In this document: in pieces, positions 16,578 through 20,000 of the stretch | Position numbering within the stretch: position 1 is the stretch's first letter | How the letters are laid out: every line of letters starts with the position of its first letter | DNA from: an uncultured virus (IMG/VR IMGVR_UViG_3300009838_000017) | Taxonomy: Duplodnaviria > Heunggongvirae > Uroviricota > Caudoviricetes | Virus record (IMG/VR): IMGVR_UViG_3300009838_000017 | Span: 109,163-129,162 of that record | Strand: one strand, 5' to 3' | DNA: 20,000 bases | Notes under the pieces: generated by a model | The model's database searches: none | What the model was told of the DNA's origin: nothing | Seen by the model: the letters and a program-made list of their open reading frames with translations, nothing else | Made by a program: the position numbers and the translations under genes

Positions 16578-17336
16578 CTAGCCCACATCGATCCGGAGTC
16601 GGTCAAACCTGACTGTGTAGGCTGTCCCAGAACCAGACCTCTGAGCCCCTAGGCACACTGAGACTTTATCAGAGGCCAAAGCAGTGAGGATAGAGGCTGA
16701 GACCAAGTTGCTGGCGTAGTAGTCCCAAGGCAAGGCCAAACTCATCGATCCAAGTCCAGGCCAACCGTTCGCAGTGTATGCGCCGTAGTACACCTTGAAG
16801 TTCGCCATGTACAGGCTTGGAATGTCAAACACGATGACATCATTTGAAGTTCCTAGGGTCATCACGTTGTCTAGGTAGTTGTTACCCCTGACGACTGTAG
16901 ACGTGTAGGCCGGTGAGAGTCCATTCCCACTCAGACCCCGTCCTCTCTTGACAACAAACTCAAGAGTTGAATCCCCAGACCCAACGGTGATGACCGCATC
17001 CTCATAGTTGTTGGCGGCATCATTGCTTGGGTTGTAGGCCCAGACCCTAAGCCTACTTGGCATGGAGAACCCACTGAATGCGTTCTTGATAGGGAGCTTC
17101 AACATAGGAAGGTTGCGTCCGCTTCCCGTAATGTTCCAATCTGAAGTCTGGTTTGGGCGTATGACAAGGCCCCCGGAGCCAACAGAAGCGGCCGAGTCTT
17201 CATAAGAGGTCCCCTGCTTCACCCATGTCGCCCCGCCCATGGTGTAGTTCTGATCAGCGCTGAAAGTCTGGGAACTCTCGGCAGTGAAGTTGATGTCGTA
17301 CACCGTTCGATAGATAGTGGACGGGACGTAGGCCAT
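16578..17336 (-). CDS. Beta-rich protein, possibly ConA/laminin-G-like lectin fold (virion surface or accessory)
   Basis: About 252 aa (ATG 17336 or GTG 17342), rich in S/T/G/N/Y. It begins VYDINF and ends VRFDRLRIDV, typical first and last strands of such beta-sandwiches. The fold is an inference. Confidence 0.5.
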   Translation of the reverse strand: MAYVPSTIYRTVYDINFTAESSQTFSADQNYTMGGATWVKQGTSYEDSAASVGSGGLVIRPNQTSDWNITGSGRNLPMLKLPIKNAFSGFSMPSRLRVWAYNPSNDAANNYEDAVITVGSGDSTLEFVVKRGRGLSGNGLSPAYTSTVVRGNNYLDNVMTLGTSNDVIVFDIPSLYMANFKVYYGAYTANGWPGLGSMSLALPWDYYASNLVSASILTALASDKVSVCLGAQRSGSGTAYTVRFDRLRIDVG

Positions 17337-17352
17337 ACTCACAGAGGGTCAT

Positions 17353-17393
17353 AAAACGAAAACGGCCGTACCTCCGAAGAGATACGGCCGTTT
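17353..17393 (-). terminator. Rho-independent terminator after the tail sheath gene
   Basis: Minus strand AAACGGCCGTATCTC-TTCG-GAGGTACGGCCGTTTTCGTTTT: long stem, cUUCGg tetraloop and U-tract, 17 nt after the sheath stop. Confidence 0.9.
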
Positions 17394-17410
17394 CCAAGCC
17401 TACTTACGAA

Positions 17411-20000
17411 TCAGATCCGGGCACGCAGGTTGAACGTGAGGACCAGGTACAGGAGCGGGAAGATCGGCTGGTAGTAGGCTTCGGCACGGAGAATCGTGGG
17501 ATCCTCTGGGTCGATGACTGCCGAGATACCCGTGAAGGCAGCCACGATCTCCTGCTGGATGAGCTGGTTGAAGAGCGAGGTCATCGAGACCTCGACTTCA
17601 TTGGTCCGGCTCGACAGGAACTTGGTCCCGACGAAGGCATCGAGGACCGAGCGGCTGTTGATGCTGACATAGTCAGCAATCTGGGTGACCGTCGGGAGAC
17701 GGGTGAGGACCGAGGTCATGTTGGTCGTGAGGCCCTGACGAATCCGGACGATGGGGTCCAGGTCCTCCAGGAGGGTCACACCAGCAACCGCAGTCTGGTT
17801 GGCTTCCACCGGGTCGAGGATACGGGGGATCCGGGTGAAGCCCTGAATCCGACGACGGGTGTAGGGGGTTGCCACGTCAACTGCTGGGGAGCAGACCGCA
17901 CCCGAAGCAGCAGCAGCGAAGAAGGTTCCGTCCACCAGGGTCTCGAAGGTCTCACCAAGCTCATTCGAGAGGGTGATGACTGCCGAGTCCGGGTAGAAGG
18001 CGACGATCCTCTGGCTGAAGAGGCTACGGGCCACCGTCTGAGCATTCGTGGGGCTGGTACCCGAAGCGAACCCGATGAAGCCCATCCGCTCCGACTGGTT
18101 GCGGATGTTGCTCATGATCTCGCAATGCTGGGTCAGGAACGAGTAGACCGCTGTGTCCGTCGAGAGGGGGACCAGGAGGTCAGGCTTGATGTTCCCAGGC
18201 AGCGGGGTTGCGAGGTTGTTGATGGCGTCGATGAAGACCTGAGCAGACGCCTGGTTCGTGTTGGGGACCTTGTGGACTTGCTTGACACCCACCAGGACGG
18301 CCCCGTTGAGGATCGCCAAGTAGGCTCCAAGGGTGACCCGGTTCTCGGCTGAGAGCTTGCCGTAGTTCGCCTCGATGGTCTTGAACTGACGGTAGATCCT
18401 GGTCGAGTAGTCCTGCTTCAGGAACCGGTAGGAGATGAAGTAGAAGTCCCCGTTCTTCGGCTCCAGCCCGCTCGGGTTGAAGGTCTGGACGTTGGCCGTG
18501 TCGTTGACTCCCACGTTGACCGTGTTCGTCACGATGGTCTCCAAGCCTGGGATTGCCAGGAAGGGGACCCCAGGGTTCACCTCGAAGGTCTGGGAGACGT
18601 TCAGGGAGAAGTGCCCACCAGAGGTGTACGAACCACCCGAAGCCGGGAGGACCGTGAACCTGAGGCCCGTGCGCTCATCCGTGTAGGTCTGCCCAGGGAC
18701 GCCCGTTCCGGCAGAGCCATAGGGGTTGGTCGAGGTGACCACGAAGTTGTCCGTGGCATCTTCCCCATTGTCCCCATCGGTCCCAGGGGTGATCTGGGTT
18801 CCAGTGAGGATGTTGAAGGCCGAGTTGGCACCCGTCCCGAAGGCGATGGAGGAGGCAGAACCCACCACCAGGGACTCGATGGTCAAGTAGACCTGCCCAG
18901 CGATGGTTGTCGGGTAGACCACCGCACCCGTGGTGTTGGCAGTCGGAGCCGTTCCAGGGCTTCCAGCAGAACCCCAGGAGGTGACTGCAATGTTCGGGGT
19001 AGCCATGAGGCGGTTGACCACCTCTTGGACGTTGACCCGAGACTGGCTGGCGAAGTCACCCTCACTGAAGCCGAGAGTGGCATTTGCCGAACCATTGAGG
19101 ATCACCACCGAGGACTGCTCGGAGTTGATGTTGCTCGTGATACGGACGTGGTTCAGGTTGCCCAGAGTTCCTACCGAGGCAGTGCCCTGAGAAGCGATGA
19201 CGGCATTGATGTCCGCCACCACCAGGGTTGCCGTGGTCGAAGAGGGGTTGATCGTGACCTGGAAGTCCACCCCATTGATCCGGACCTTGAGCACATCGTT
19301 CAGGCCGCTTGTGAAGACGAAAGCCTCCGCATTGGCCCCAACGAGGGTTGCAGGCTTGTTGACTGCACCCGTGGTACCGTCAGCACGCTGGAAGGTCGTG
19401 AACCCGAGAGTGCTTTCCGCCGTTCCCTGACGAATCCGGACGTAGCTCTGGTGATCGAAGCCACCAGGGAGAGCACCCGGAGTCGAGTAGCTACGGATCA
19501 CGAAGAAGGTGTAGCCAGTCCCAGGGCCAGGGATTGCCGTACACATGTAGTTGTTCGTGACCGAGGAGAAGGCCGGGTCGGCATCAATCGCTGCATTGAT
19601 GTCTGTAGCGATCTGGGCCGGGGTCCTGGTTCCGGGGGTCAGTGAAACGTCGATGTCCACACCGTCGATGGTGAGGTTGAACAGGTCGTTCGAGGCACTG
19701 GTGATGGTGATGTTCCCTCCACCAGACAGCTTGACCGGCTTGCTGACCATGTAGGCTCGGGAGGCAGTCACCAGGTTGGTGCTGACCACCGGATTCCCGT
19801 TGAGGAGGGTCCTCCAGGTAGCCGAAGAAGGGCTGTAGAACGAGAAGGGCTGGGCACCCTTGTTCGTGAACACCGCATTCGTAGCGGCTGCCTGACCGAA
19901 GGTCACAGTCACGGTCTCGCCAACCGGGGTGCCACCAACGTGCATGGCATCCGGAACCTGCTCGACACCACGGGGCCACTGGACGGTCTCAACAAGACCA
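17411..20000 (-). CDS. Contractile tail sheath protein, very large with inserted domains (partial; start lies beyond the window)
   Basis: Sheath C-terminal signature QIADYVSINSRSVLDAFVG...LFNQLIQQEIVAAF...AEAYYQPIFPLLYLVLTFNL. The frame stays open from 19945 to the window end (GLVETVQWPRGVEQVPDAM), so the protein exceeds 860 aa. Confidence 0.9.
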   Translation of the reverse strand, partial: GLVETVQWPRGVEQVPDAMHVGGTPVGETVTVTFGQAAATNAVFTNKGAQPFSFYSPSSATWRTLLNGNPVVSTNLVTASRAYMVSKPVKLSGGGNITITSASNDLFNLTIDGVDIDVSLTPGTRTPAQIATDINAAIDADPAFSSVTNNYMCTAIPGPGTGYTFFVIRSYSTPGALPGGFDHQSYVRIRQGTAESTLGFTTFQRADGTTGAVNKPATLVGANAEAFVFTSGLNDVLKVRINGVDFQVTINPSSTTATLVVADINAVIASQGTASVGTLGNLNHVRITSNINSEQSSVVILNGSANATLGFSEGDFASQSRVNVQEVVNRLMATPNIAVTSWGSAGSPGTAPTANTTGAVVYPTTIAGQVYLTIESLVVGSASSIAFGTGANSAFNILTGTQITPGTDGDNGEDATDNFVVTSTNPYGSAGTGVPGQTYTDERTGLRFTVLPASGGSYTSGGHFSLNVSQTFEVNPGVPFLAIPGLETIVTNTVNVGVNDTANVQTFNPSGLEPKNGDFYFISYRFLKQDYSTRIYRQFKTIEANYGKLSAENRVTLGAYLAILNGAVLVGVKQVHKVPNTNQASAQVFIDAINNLATPLPGNIKPDLLVPLSTDTAVYSFLTQHCEIMSNIRNQSERMGFIGFASGTSPTNAQTVARSLFSQRIVAFYPDSAVITLSNELGETFETLVDGTFFAAAASGAVCSPAVDVATPYTRRRIQGFTRIPRILDPVEANQTAVAGVTLLEDLDPIVRIRQGLTTNMTSVLTRLPTVTQIADYVSINSRSVLDAFVGTKFLSSRTNEVEVSMTSLFNQLIQQEIVAAFTGISAVIDPEDPTILRAEAYYQPIFPLLYLVLTFNLRARI

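Noticed and set aside
16550..16606. N-terminal extension of the J-protein given in the ORF track (similarly 15285-15317 for the small ORF)
   Set aside because: These use TTG starts without an SD and run across upstream motifs; the J-protein extension also overlaps the preceding gene. The downstream ATGs fit better.
419..19754. Numerous plus-strand ORFs (e.g. 6500-7399, 12484-13659, 18611-19645) and alternate-frame minus-strand ORFs
   Set aside because: They overlap well-supported minus-strand genes, show no recognisable motifs and are expected shadows of high-GC codon usage.
19943..19945. ATG at 19945 as the sheath start
   Set aside because: The frame stays open to the window edge, there is no SD, and the sheath N-terminal region is missing.
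1..20000. Stop-codon reassignment (TAG or TGA recoding)
   Set aside because: Long genes are uninterrupted under the standard code, and TAG, TGA and TAA all terminate genes right before the next start.
1..20000. Bacterial eCIS, tailocin or T6SS locus rather than a phage
   Set aside because: The long TMP, oversized sheath, helicase and phage-type hypotheticals, together with no recognisable eCIS AAA ATPase or T6SS genes, favour a large phage. Head genes are outside the window, so this is not formally excluded.

Overview
A roughly 60% GC segment of a large tailed-phage (myovirus-like) genome. All credible genes lie on the minus strand. In transcription order (right to left) they are: a very large tail sheath protein with repeated inserted domains (5'-truncated), a strong cUUCGg intrinsic terminator, then about 8.7 kb of non-tail genes wedged between sheath and tube. 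That block holds a beta-rich lectin-like protein, a J-domain protein with a C-terminal winged-helix-like module, a small phage hypothetical, an extended UvrD/PcrA helicase, a degenerate DHH/Myg1-like protein, a small Pro-rich ORF and a 520-aa modular protein. It is followed by the tail tube, a highly structured 239-nt intergenic region, two probable tail-assembly chaperones, the tape measure protein, a tube-initiator/hub protein and a 3'-truncated gene. Most interesting: (1) several inserted proteins look like strings of modules separated by [K/R]-x-A motifs, suggesting protease-processed, capsid-packaged polyproteins; (2) a candidate structured RNA between tube and chaperone; (3) a recurrent promoter-like motif, one copy of which precedes a possible nested start. 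All functional calls come from motif recognition and gene order by eye; no searches were run.
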